A DNA stretch of 64,000 nucleotides from a virus. The notes under the pieces are model-generated. The model was not told the origin of the DNA and made no database searches. It saw only the letters and a list, made by a program, of their open reading frames with translations. Position numbers and translations under genes: made by a program. The stretch lies in IMG/VR virus record IMGVR_UViG_3300028025_000097. One strand, written 5' to 3'. This document shows, one piece after another, positions 1 to 8,841 of the stretch. The stretch's first letter is position 1, and the number at the start of each line of letters is the position of its first letter.

Positions 1-334
1 GATGGTTATCTCCATTTATTTGCCATGATTGATGAGATTCTATGATAGATTTTTCGTACTTACATTCCCAATTAAACTCTGAGCAATCATCATTAGTTTT
101 AATGTAAATATCTGCTGCTAAAGGAATAATCCACCCAGCAGTCATAGAATCTAAGAAAGGAGCACATCGTTTAATTGTAGAAGATTCAAATCCCTTAGCT
201 ACTTTAGGCGGAAGAGATTTAAACCATTCGGGTAGAAATTTTCTTGAAGGATATGGTTTTGGAATTACTTCCCAATCTTCTTCAAAGCATCTAAATTGAA
301 TGACAGAATTCTTTGGCTTGAACCATTTAAACAT
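1..334 (-). CDS. Conserved phage hypothetical protein (DUF6065-like), runs off the window edge
   Basis: Hand translation, not in the ORF track: MFKWFKPKNSVIQFRCFEEDWEVIPKPYPSRKFLPEWFKSLPPK...TIKRCAPFLDSMTAGWIIP. ATG at 334-332 with GAGGAT upstream. Confidence 0.7.
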   Translation of the reverse strand, partial: MFKWFKPKNSVIQFRCFEEDWEVIPKPYPSRKFLPEWFKSLPPKVAKGFESSTIKRCAPFLDSMTAGWIIPLAADIYIKTNDDCSEFNWECKYEKSIIESHQSWQINGDNH

Positions 335-362
335 AATATAATCCTCATAATATATCCATTAT

Positions 363-1439
363 TTATTGCACTGTCCAAGTCACCGTAACGTTTCCTGAAA
401 GTCTACCTGTTCCAACTTGAACTGTATATGCAGCTTTAGGTACTACAGTAAGGACTTGACTCGTTGCAAGCGTGGCAATTGCGCCTTGACCACCAGCAGG
501 AGTACCTACACCAGCAGCGCCCGCATTTCCAGCAGTATTTTGAGCAGCGCCAGCAGTACCACCGTTACCACCAGAACCTCCTCCTCCGCCTCCAGCAACA
601 CTAGATCCAACACCAGCACCCCCAGCACCACCTGCACCAGCCGTTGGTGGTCCTCCTCCACCACCATTACCGCCTGCAAATGGAGATGTTGCTTGTCCTG
701 TGCCGCCAGCTTGTCCTGCTGTTCCTTGTGGGCCCGCTGGAGCAGTGGCTGGTTGTCCAAGAGCAGCGCCTGCTGTTCCTGCGGTTCCTCCAGTATTGGG
801 AGCTACATTACCTCTACCGCCACCGCCGCCGCTTCCACCACCATTTCCGCCTCTTCCAGCTAACTTAGCTGCTGCATTACCTAATTGTCCGGGCTGTCCA
901 GCTGGACCGGGAGATCCTGCCGAACCTCCGGGCATAGTAAATAATGAAGATCCAAAAACAGATGCATTTCCAGCATTTCCAGCAGCACCCTGAATTCCGG
1001 GTTGAGCGGCAGGTTGAGCGGCTGCTGCGAATTGAGTGCCAGCAGTCCCAGCACCACCAGCTTGACCAGCTTGACCAGCATTGCCCGGGCTACCTGTGAC
1101 ACCTGTTCCGCCGGCACCACCAGCACCTAAATTGCCTCCACCAGCAGTACCCGGTTGTCCTGCTTGACCAGTAATAGGAGATCCAGCTGTTCCTGAACCA
1201 GCACCTCCACCTCCACCGCCACCTTTACTGCCTGCATTACCCGCAGTTGATGGTTGTCCTATGCCTTGGCCCGCTCCACCAGCACCAGAAGATCCAGCTT
1301 GTCCATCATTACCAGCACCTCCATATCCAGAAACAGTTACACGAGTAATACCGGGAGGAACAGTAAATGTGCCATTCGCATTAAAAGTCTGCGAACTTGA
1401 TGCATAGATTGGTTTTGTGCGAGTGCGAGTAGTAAACAT
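363..1439 (-). CDS. Glycine-rich tail/adhesin-like virion protein
   Basis: 358 aa. Gly/Ala/Gln-rich G-x-x runs are flanked by beta-strand ends (QTFNANGTFTVPPGITRVTV ... YTVQVGTG...VTVTW). Downstream of the fibre genes. Confidence 0.65.
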   Translation of the reverse strand: MFTTRTRTKPIYASSSQTFNANGTFTVPPGITRVTVSGYGGAGNDGQAGSSGAGGAGQGIGQPSTAGNAGSKGGGGGGGAGSGTAGSPITGQAGQPGTAGGGNLGAGGAGGTGVTGSPGNAGQAGQAGGAGTAGTQFAAAAQPAAQPGIQGAAGNAGNASVFGSSLFTMPGGSAGSPGPAGQPGQLGNAAAKLAGRGGNGGGSGGGGGRGNVAPNTGGTAGTAGAALGQPATAPAGPQGTAGQAGGTGQATSPFAGGNGGGGGPPTAGAGGAGGAGVGSSVAGGGGGGSGGNGGTAGAAQNTAGNAGAAGVGTPAGGQGAIATLATSQVLTVVPKAAYTVQVGTGRLSGNVTVTWTVQ

Positions 1440-1440
1440 A

Positions 1441-1764
1441 TTATGGTGCGTAGTTCTTTAATACTTCGTCGTTTTTAAGAGACTCCAATGTTCTATGATA
1501 CACTAGTCTATAACCAGCAGTATTAGTGGTGTCTAATAACTGATAGATGACAAATGGAAAAGATTCTGGCGTAAACGGTTCTTCATCAGCATCTAACCAT
1601 GTATTTATTGGAGCAACCGTATCTTCTAAATTTGCTCCATAATAACCTAGATCTTTATATTGAATATTTGGCAGACTATTTAAATATTGTCTCCATTCGC
1701 ATTTGTCCCAATCATTAATGTGATCTTTTGTGTATAAAGATAAATCAAAAACAACCAGAGCCAT
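1441..1764 (-). CDS. Hypothetical protein (possible fibre-assembly accessory)
   Basis: 107-aa ORF tightly packed between the fibre and Gly-rich genes, with GAGG upstream. Confidence 0.55.
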   Translation of the reverse strand: MALVVFDLSLYTKDHINDWDKCEWRQYLNSLPNIQYKDLGYYGANLEDTVAPINTWLDADEEPFTPESFPFVIYQLLDTTNTAGYRLVYHRTLESLKNDEVLKNYAP

Positions 1765-1780
1765 AGTCTCAATCCTCCTA

Positions 1781-4700
1781 TTAAGTAGTAAAGTTCATAA
1801 AAGATGGTGCTATTATATATGTCGCACCGCCATCATAAGTTATTGCAGATAATATATCGCTTTTTGCGGGCGTTAAAGTTAATGTTGGTGCAGAATCATA
1901 TGCATATTTTATTGTACCGGCAGCACCACCAGAAGTATTTCCTTGAATAGCTAATGCTCCAATTGAGTTAGCACCAGTTCCAAGATATTGAAGAATCAAA
2001 GTTGCAGAAACTGCTGTACCAGTCGCAGGTGGATTAATAAATCTAACGTTTGCAGAAGTCACAACAGTATTAGCAACGGTTACTCTAAACACAGACGAAG
2101 TTTGTAGATTTAAATCCGTTGTGCCATTTGTAGTTATAGCAAGAGATGTCATCTTTTCAGTATATGCCGCCATACTCAAATTAGCAGCAGCATTGATTAC
2201 TGAGCTATTGACTGTGAGTGCTGTACCTACGTTAGCACTTGTTGTTACAAAAAGCGTGGCTGTATTAGTCTGATTAGTGACGTTAAGAGCAGAAGCAGTC
2301 AATAAACTAGCAACGCCTAGAGTACCACCAACGTTAGCATTACCTTGAATGTTGGCTGTAGCACTAACGTCAATATCGCCAGTAACTCTTAGAGCAACAC
2401 CGGGAGCAGTATTATTGATACCTACACGACCATTAACAGTATCAACAAACAACTTACCAGAACTAAAGTTGGCGTTAGGTGCTACGGTAAGTGCTGTGGC
2501 GCTAATCGTTAATGCAGTACCTACGTTAGCTGATGTAGTTACATATAATGTTGCTGTGTTTGTTTGATTGACTACGTTTAGCGCAGCAGTATTAATCAAA
2601 GCTGTAGTAACAGTCGTAGTACCAATTGTCAAAGTAGTAGATGTTAAGTTAGCTGTGTTGCTTACTGATACTAGATTACCAGAAACAATCGCATTTGATG
2701 TAGTATTACCAATAACCATAAATGTGGCATTGATAGTGGATCCATTTGTAACACCAAATAAACCAGATGTGCGTAATGCGGCATTAACTTGAGAACCAGT
2801 AACAGTTGTTGTACCAATTGTTAAAGTAGTAGATGTTAGGTTAGCTGTGTTGCTTATTGAAATTAAATTACCAGAAACTATAGCATTTGACGTAGTATTA
2901 CCAATAACCATAAATGTGGCATTGATAGTAGATCCATTTGTAACACCAAATAAACCAGATGTGTGTAAAGCGCTATTAACTTGAGAACCAGTAACCGTTG
3001 TAGTACCAATCGTTAATGTTGTAGATGTTAGGTTAGCTGTGTTGCTTACAGATACTAAATTACCACTTATTAAGGCGTTAGATGTAGTGTTGCCTACGAT
3101 AATAACGGTATTTTGAATATTCACACCATTCGTTGTACCAAATGTGCCTACATTAAGATTTGCTGATGCATTAACGGTAAGAGATAACAAATAGGTTGGC
3201 GCTAATGTAGACTGTGATGAGGCATTAGCCGCAATAAACGCATTCCATTGGTGTGTCGCATTAGCTGATGTATTACCTACTACAATAGCAGTATTTTGAA
3301 TATTAACACCATTGGTTGTGCCAAATGTACCAATATTTAAATTAGATGATACGTTAGCCGTGCCAGTAACTGCAAGCCCAGCCGCAGCAGTTGTTAAACC
3401 AGCAATCCCTAAAGTACCACCAACATTAGCATTACTTTGAATGTTAGCTGTACTACTAATATCAGCAGCGCCAGTAACTCTTAATGCAACACCGGGCGCA
3501 GTATTATTGATACCTACACGATTATTAACTGCATCAACAAATAGTGTACCTGAGTCAAAGTTAGCATTAGGAGCTACAGTAAATCCTGTGGTATTAATCG
3601 TTAATGCTGTACCAACGTTAGCACTTGTTGTTACAAAAAGTGTCGCTGTATTAGTTTGACCAGCGACGTTAGCATTAGTCGCAGCAAATAGAAGACCATT
3701 AACACCTAATGTGCTTAACGCATTAGCAGCACCAGCCATACCAAATGTGCTTTGAACGTTACCAGTACCAGTGACATTCAAATTAGTAGATACGTTAGCT
3801 GTGCCAGTGACCGTCAACCCAGCAGCTGCTGTCAATAGACCATTAATGCCAAATGTGCTCAATGCATTAGCTGCACCAGCCATACCAAAGGTAGATTGAA
3901 CGTTACCAGTACCAGTGACATTCAAATTAGTAGATACGTTAGCTGTGCCTGTTACTATTAATCCTGAACATGCTGTCAATAGGCCATTAACACCCAAAGT
4001 ACTCAGCGCATTAGCAGCACCAGTAACACCTAGAGTACCACCAACGTTAGCGTTACTCTGGATATTAGCTGTAGATGAAATATCAACCGCACCAGTAACT
4101 CTTAGCGCAACACCGGGAGCAGTATTATTGATACCTACACGATTATTTAAAGCATCAATAAACAAAGTACCAGAATCAAAATTAGTATTAGTAGCACCTT
4201 CACTTAAAATATTAAAAAAATTAGTACCATCAGCTGTTATTTGCCAGGTATCGCTACTTTCATTCCATTGTAATCGTGAATTAGCTGAACTACCACGATT
4301 AATTTCAATGCCGGCATTTTCTGTAGGAGGAGATGCTCCAGGTAAATCAGCATTTAATGTAATAATGTTATCGCTAATATCTAATGTTTGTGTATTAACG
4401 TATGTTCTTGTGCCAGTAACCGTTAAGTTTGCATTAATAGTTACGTCATTATTAAATGTTGTTGTACCAGTTACCGCTAAAGTATTCGATAGAGTTGTAG
4501 CGCCTGTTACTGCAATAGTATTTGCAAATGTAGCCGAACCAGTATGAGCAGACGTATTTGATAATGTTGCTGCTCCATTAGCATTAAATGTACCTTGTAC
4601 TGTAAGCGTTGTAGCTGGACCAGTAGTGCCTATGCCTACTCGGTTATTCGTAGCATCAACAAAAAGAGTGCTTGAATTGAATGCAGCGTTACCGGAAATA

Positions 4701-5440
4701 GTCTGTAAAGCGCCGCTTAATGTGGCATTACCAGTTAATGTAGTTGTTCCAGTAACTGCTAAAGTATTACTGAATGTAGCGGCGCCAATGTGTGACGTCG
4801 TATTAGCAAAAGTTGCAACACCATTAACACCAAATGTGCTTAAAGCATTAGCTGCACCAGCAACACTTAATGTGCTTGCAAGTGTAGTTGCGCCATTGAC
4901 TCCTAAAGTGCTTAAAGCATTTGCTGCTCCACCAACTCCAAACGTGCTTAAAGCATTAGCAGCACCCGTAACAGACATTGTATTAGATAATGTAGTCGCG
5001 CCTGTAACGCCTAAAGTATTAGCAAGTGTAGCAGCACCAGTAACTGCAATCGTGTTAGCGAGTGTAGCAGCACCGGTTAGAGTAGAAGTAGTAGAAATAT
5101 TAAGCGTATTACCAGAAATTACCCAACGATTTGTCGAATTACCAAGGAGAATAGTATTGCCAACGGGATTTAGAAGTCCATAAACAAAAACGTTACTTAA
5201 ATACGCATCAAATTGATTAGTAGTATTACCTATTTTTAATCCAGATGCTCCAGCTAAAATATCAGCGACCGCAGCATTACCGCCAATGAATACTTGTGTA
5301 CCAGTTACATAAAGGTTGCCGCCTATATAAAATTGATCAGCTTCAATTGTTACGTTAGCATTAAATTTACTCGTGTAGTCAAATTGAGCATTACCAGTAA
5401 CTGATAACCCATTTTCTGCTTTAAAACTTGTATTAGCCAT
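1781..5440 (-). CDS. Tail fibre-like protein with internal repeats
   Basis: 1219 aa, T/N/A/G-rich. Recurring NFDSGTLFVDAxNNRVGINNTAPG knots and GAANALSTFGV repeats. Typical fibre C-terminal domain (AYTEK...NPPATGTA...YDGGATY). Confidence 0.75.
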   Translation of the reverse strand: MANTSFKAENGLSVTGNAQFDYTSKFNANVTIEADQFYIGGNLYVTGTQVFIGGNAAVADILAGASGLKIGNTTNQFDAYLSNVFVYGLLNPVGNTILLGNSTNRWVISGNTLNISTTSTLTGAATLANTIAVTGAATLANTLGVTGATTLSNTMSVTGAANALSTFGVGGAANALSTLGVNGATTLASTLSVAGAANALSTFGVNGVATFANTTSHIGAATFSNTLAVTGTTTLTGNATLSGALQTISGNAAFNSSTLFVDATNNRVGIGTTGPATTLTVQGTFNANGAATLSNTSAHTGSATFANTIAVTGATTLSNTLAVTGTTTFNNDVTINANLTVTGTRTYVNTQTLDISDNIITLNADLPGASPPTENAGIEINRGSSANSRLQWNESSDTWQITADGTNFFNILSEGATNTNFDSGTLFIDALNNRVGINNTAPGVALRVTGAVDISSTANIQSNANVGGTLGVTGAANALSTLGVNGLLTACSGLIVTGTANVSTNLNVTGTGNVQSTFGMAGAANALSTFGINGLLTAAAGLTVTGTANVSTNLNVTGTGNVQSTFGMAGAANALSTLGVNGLLFAATNANVAGQTNTATLFVTTSANVGTALTINTTGFTVAPNANFDSGTLFVDAVNNRVGINNTAPGVALRVTGAADISSTANIQSNANVGGTLGIAGLTTAAAGLAVTGTANVSSNLNIGTFGTTNGVNIQNTAIVVGNTSANATHQWNAFIAANASSQSTLAPTYLLSLTVNASANLNVGTFGTTNGVNIQNTVIIVGNTTSNALISGNLVSVSNTANLTSTTLTIGTTTVTGSQVNSALHTSGLFGVTNGSTINATFMVIGNTTSNAIVSGNLISISNTANLTSTTLTIGTTTVTGSQVNAALRTSGLFGVTNGSTINATFMVIGNTTSNAIVSGNLVSVSNTANLTSTTLTIGTTTVTTALINTAALNVVNQTNTATLYVTTSANVGTALTISATALTVAPNANFSSGKLFVDTVNGRVGINNTAPGVALRVTGDIDVSATANIQGNANVGGTLGVASLLTASALNVTNQTNTATLFVTTSANVGTALTVNSSVINAAANLSMAAYTEKMTSLAITTNGTTDLNLQTSSVFRVTVANTVVTSANVRFINPPATGTAVSATLILQYLGTGANSIGALAIQGNTSGGAAGTIKYAYDSAPTLTLTPAKSDILSAITYDGGATYIIAPSFMNFTT
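2600..3100. repeat. 192-bp (64-aa) tandem duplication in tail fibre 1
   Basis: AACCAGATGT at 2761 recurs at 2953; about 2.5 copies of LVSVSNTANLTSTTLTIGTTTV...SGN. Confidence 0.85.
3721..4010. repeat. 144-bp (48-aa) tandem duplication in tail fibre 1
   Basis: CATTAGC.GCACCAGCCATACCAAA...ACCAGTACCAGTGACATTCAAATTAGTAGATACGTTAGCTGTGCC at 3721 and 3865. Confidence 0.85.
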
Positions 5441-5449
5441 TTAGTACCA

Positions 5450-8400
5450 CTACTTTATTAGATGAGCTACGATTTTAGCAGCAGAACTTGAAGAAGTCTG
5501 CGTGAATTTTAATTCAACATTTGCATTATTTATAGCTGCAGAGTATATGCCATTATTTCCACCAAGAGGAGAAACTACAGTAGCATATACTGTTATATAC
5601 GAATCTGTTCCGTTATGGGCAAGTACAATTTCAGAAATTTGTGTATTACCACCACTTGTTTTAACTTGTGATGTAAGTTTAGCTGAAGAATAAGTTGCTT
5701 TAGGGAAAGAGTACACAAGCAAAGGCGAACCTACTGTTGCACCAAGATTTCCATTAGCTGTTACTTCAATAACATAATCAGTGTTGATTGTTGTCGCACC
5801 AGTAATCGATACTGTATTAGCAAAAGTAGCAGCACCCGTGACACCTAGGGTGCTTAATGCATTTGCTGCTCCACTGATTCCAAAATTACTTTGAACATTA
5901 CCAGAACCAGTCACAATAAGTGTACCAACATTAACATGACTTGCATTTACAGTTGTAGATCCAATAGTTAACGTTGACGGGGACAAGTTAGCAGTAAATA
6001 TGCTATTAGATACTTTTAATAAATTGTGTGAAAGTGTTATATTAGCTGTTGAGTTGCCTACAATTATTGCAGTATTTTGAATATTAACGCCATTAGTAGT
6101 ACCAAAAGTACCAACATTTAAATTGGAAGATACGTTAGTTGTGCCAGATACGTTTAGGCTATTTGCTATGCTAGTTTTACCATCGGCTTTAACTTCGAAC
6201 GCATTAAGCGTATAAGTTGCATTATTTCCTTCCTTTGTAACAATTTGAAATCCGTCAGACAGATCGTTTGATCTGATTCCTAAAGTAAAATGACCGGAAC
6301 CGGCTGATTCAATTAATGTGCCAAACTGAGACCCTGTTATTAAACCATCAATATCAGTGTCAGCAGTAGTCCAAGATTTATAAAGAGTAGTCACAAAAGC
6401 AGTACCAGTACCTATAGACAACATTTGTGGAGTAAGAAAAGAATTGACAGTATTGTTACCAACAATTATTGCAGTATTTTGAATATTCACACCATTGGTT
6501 GTACCAAAAGCGCCAACATTAACGTTTGATGATACGTTAGCAACTCCAGTTACATTTAAACTTGCACCTGCTGTAAGTAAACCATTAACTCCAAAAGTGC
6601 TTAATGCATTCGCTGCACCAGTAACTCCAAACGTACTTAGCGCATTAGCAGTGCTAGTAAGAGTAGTGTTACCCGTAATTGCTACAGTATTAGCAAAAGT
6701 AGACGCTCCAGTAACCGCCAATGTATTTGCAAGAGTAGTAGCTTCTCTAACGCCTAAAGTACTCAACGCATTCGCTGCGCCGGTAATACCGAAAGTACTC
6801 AATGCATTCGCTGCACCTGTAATACCAAATGCGCCTTGCACGTTTCCTGAACCAGTTACAATAAGCGTACCAACGGTGACGTGACTTGCATTTACAGTCG
6901 TTGTACCAATAGTTAATGCAATGGATGTTAAATTGGCAGTATTAGATACTGATATCAAATTACCAGATATAATAGCATTAGAGGAAGTATTGCCTACGAT
7001 TATAGCTGTAGCATTAATTCTGCTTCCATTCGCTGCACCAAATACGCCAGAAGTATATAAAGCAGAATTAACTTGAGAACCGGTTACCGTTGTAGATCCA
7101 ATAATTAATGTAGTAGATGTTAAATTGGCAGTGTTAGATACCGATACTAGATTACCAGAAATAACAACATTTGAAGATGTATTACCTACTATAATCGCTG
7201 TGTTTTGTACATTAACACCATTTGTAGTACCAAAAGTGCCAACATTTAAATTAGACGATACGTTAGCAACTCCAGTTACATTTAAACTTGCTGCTGCGGT
7301 GAGTAATCCGTTAACGCCAAAGGTGCTTAGTGCATTAGCTGCACCAGTGACTCCAAAGGTGCTTAGTGCATTAGCTGCACCAGTGACTCCAAAGGTACTT
7401 AATGCATTAGCTGCACCAGTGACTCCAAAGGTACTTAATGCATTAGCTGCACCAGTAACCCCAAAGGTACTTAGAGCGTTAGCTGCTCCACCAATACCAA
7501 GAGTACTTAATGTATTTGCAGCTCCTGTAACACCAAATGTGCTCAATGCATTAGCTGCACCACCAATGCCAAAGGTGCTTTGGACATTACCTGCACCGAG
7601 TACGAAAATGGTATTAGATAGAGTAGTCGCCCCAGTAACGCCTAATGTATTCGCAAAAGTAGCAGCACCAGTTAATCCTAGTGTATTTGCAAAAGTGGCC
7701 GCACCAGTAAGTCCTAGTGTATTAGAAAATGTAACTGCGCCAGTGACTAATAAAGTATTAGCAAGAGTTACCGTATTGGTAACGCCTAATGTATTTGATA
7801 ATGTTACTGCACCAACAACATTTAATGTATTAGATAATCGTGAAGCACCAGAAACGTTTGCCGTTCCTGTAACGACAAAAACAGCATCTGGAGCATTATT
7901 ATTAATACCTACTCGATTATTAGTAGCGTCTACGAATAGAACAGCGCTATCAAAGTTTACGTTACCAGCAATCGTATGAAGTGTACCAGTTACATCTAAA
8001 TTAGAAGTAATCTGTGTAAGATTGCCAGCAAGAATTGTATTTGCTGTTGTGCCATTACCTTGAACTGTGATGTTGGTAACAGTAGAATTGGCTTTGATGT
8101 AAGTATTACCAGTGAAAATAGATCTGCTATTGACAGAAGTATTGACTGCGGTAACAAAAAGATCTGTACCAGTAATAATCGTATTTGAAACAGTAGCGTT
8201 GCCAGTAACAGTAATAGCAGTTACAGAAGTGTTACCTTTGATGTTTGTATTACCAGTAACTGTAATCGTCTGGCTATTAACTTGAAGAACAGCATTATTA
8301 ACAAATACGTTAGCCTGAGCATTTACGAAAGAAGCATTCGCCGAAGAATTGCCGCCAAATAATGTACTTGAAGTAATCGTAAGAAGAGCATACCCAGAAT

Positions 8401-8626
8401 CCCCTACATTACCACCACGAAGTTCATCAGTAGCAACGAGAGTGTTTGCTCCAAAACGACCAATAAGCTGGGCTTTTCTTGGTTCTAGCGTTGTACCAGT
8501 ATTTGATATGGAAGAGTTGCCAGTGATAATTTCCGTAGTGAGAGAATACAAGAGCTCATTGGTCTTGTTTACCCAGTTCTGAAAAGTATCTGAAGTTACA
8601 TCAAGATTTGCTACTGTTCTTGCCAT
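5450..8626 (-). CDS. Tail fibre-like protein with internal repeats
   Basis: 1058 aa. N-terminus TFQNWVNKTNEL, the same repeat modules as the neighbouring fibre, and a C-terminal domain YSSAKLTSQVK...QISEIVLAHNGTDSYITVY. Confidence 0.75.
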   Translation of the reverse strand: MARTVANLDVTSDTFQNWVNKTNELLYSLTTEIITGNSSISNTGTTLEPRKAQLIGRFGANTLVATDELRGGNVGDSGYALLTITSSTLFGGNSSANASFVNAQANVFVNNAVLQVNSQTITVTGNTNIKGNTSVTAITVTGNATVSNTIITGTDLFVTAVNTSVNSRSIFTGNTYIKANSTVTNITVQGNGTTANTILAGNLTQITSNLDVTGTLHTIAGNVNFDSAVLFVDATNNRVGINNNAPDAVFVVTGTANVSGASRLSNTLNVVGAVTLSNTLGVTNTVTLANTLLVTGAVTFSNTLGLTGAATFANTLGLTGAATFANTLGVTGATTLSNTIFVLGAGNVQSTFGIGGAANALSTFGVTGAANTLSTLGIGGAANALSTFGVTGAANALSTFGVTGAANALSTFGVTGAANALSTFGVTGAANALSTFGVNGLLTAAASLNVTGVANVSSNLNVGTFGTTNGVNVQNTAIIVGNTSSNVVISGNLVSVSNTANLTSTTLIIGSTTVTGSQVNSALYTSGVFGAANGSRINATAIIVGNTSSNAIISGNLISVSNTANLTSIALTIGTTTVNASHVTVGTLIVTGSGNVQGAFGITGAANALSTFGITGAANALSTLGVREATTLANTLAVTGASTFANTVAITGNTTLTSTANALSTFGVTGAANALSTFGVNGLLTAGASLNVTGVANVSSNVNVGAFGTTNGVNIQNTAIIVGNNTVNSFLTPQMLSIGTGTAFVTTLYKSWTTADTDIDGLITGSQFGTLIESAGSGHFTLGIRSNDLSDGFQIVTKEGNNATYTLNAFEVKADGKTSIANSLNVSGTTNVSSNLNVGTFGTTNGVNIQNTAIIVGNSTANITLSHNLLKVSNSIFTANLSPSTLTIGSTTVNASHVNVGTLIVTGSGNVQSNFGISGAANALSTLGVTGAATFANTVSITGATTINTDYVIEVTANGNLGATVGSPLLVYSFPKATYSSAKLTSQVKTSGGNTQISEIVLAHNGTDSYITVYATVVSPLGGNNGIYSAAINNANVELKFTQTSSSSAAKIVAHLIK
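7318..7520. repeat. 36-bp tandem coding repeat (GAANALSTFGVT)
   Basis: About five near-identical copies of GCATTAGCTGCACCAGTGACTCCAAAGGT(A/G)CTTA(A/G)T. Confidence 0.9.
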
Positions 8627-8841
8627 TACGCTCTTCCGTTTAGTACTTGTTTAAGCATTTCTTTAAGCTCTATGAATTCATTCTTCAGACTATCAATCTG
8701 ATGTTGAACTGCTTGAGTATGTTTATGCTGTTTTCTTTGTTCGAGGATTCTGTTATACTCTGCATCATTAGTATTTATTATGACTTGAGTGCTCATATCG
8801 CGAACTAATCCTGGAATCGATGTTTTAGCATAAATCGTCAT
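8626..8841 (-). CDS. Small conserved T4-like virion-associated protein
   Basis: 71 aa: GLVRDMSTQVIINTNDAEY plus a C-terminal coiled coil. Start and stop overlap the neighbouring genes. Confidence 0.6.
   Translation of the reverse strand: MTIYAKTSIPGLVRDMSTQVIINTNDAEYNRILEQRKQHKHTQAVQHQIDSLKNEFIELKEMLKQVLNGRA

Noticed and set aside
417-1126. Several overlapping short ORFs on both strands within the Gly-rich gene
   Set aside because: They are products of GC-rich Gly/Ala codon runs, have low-complexity translations and lack ribosome-binding sites.
7318-7520. 36-bp repeats resembling a CRISPR array
   Set aside because: The units are contiguous with no unique spacers, stay in frame as a 12-aa protein repeat, and no cas genes are present.
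2349-8582. Long plus-strand ORFs (up to 284 aa) opposite the fibre genes
   Set aside because: They are antisense shadows of repetitive Thr/Asn/Ala/Gly codons that lack reverse-strand stops. They have no RBS and mirror the sense repeats.
1781-8626. Diversity-generating retroelement or invertase acting on the fibres
   Set aside because: No reverse transcriptase or recombinase is in the window, and no adenine-specific TR/VR pair or flanking inverted repeats were seen.
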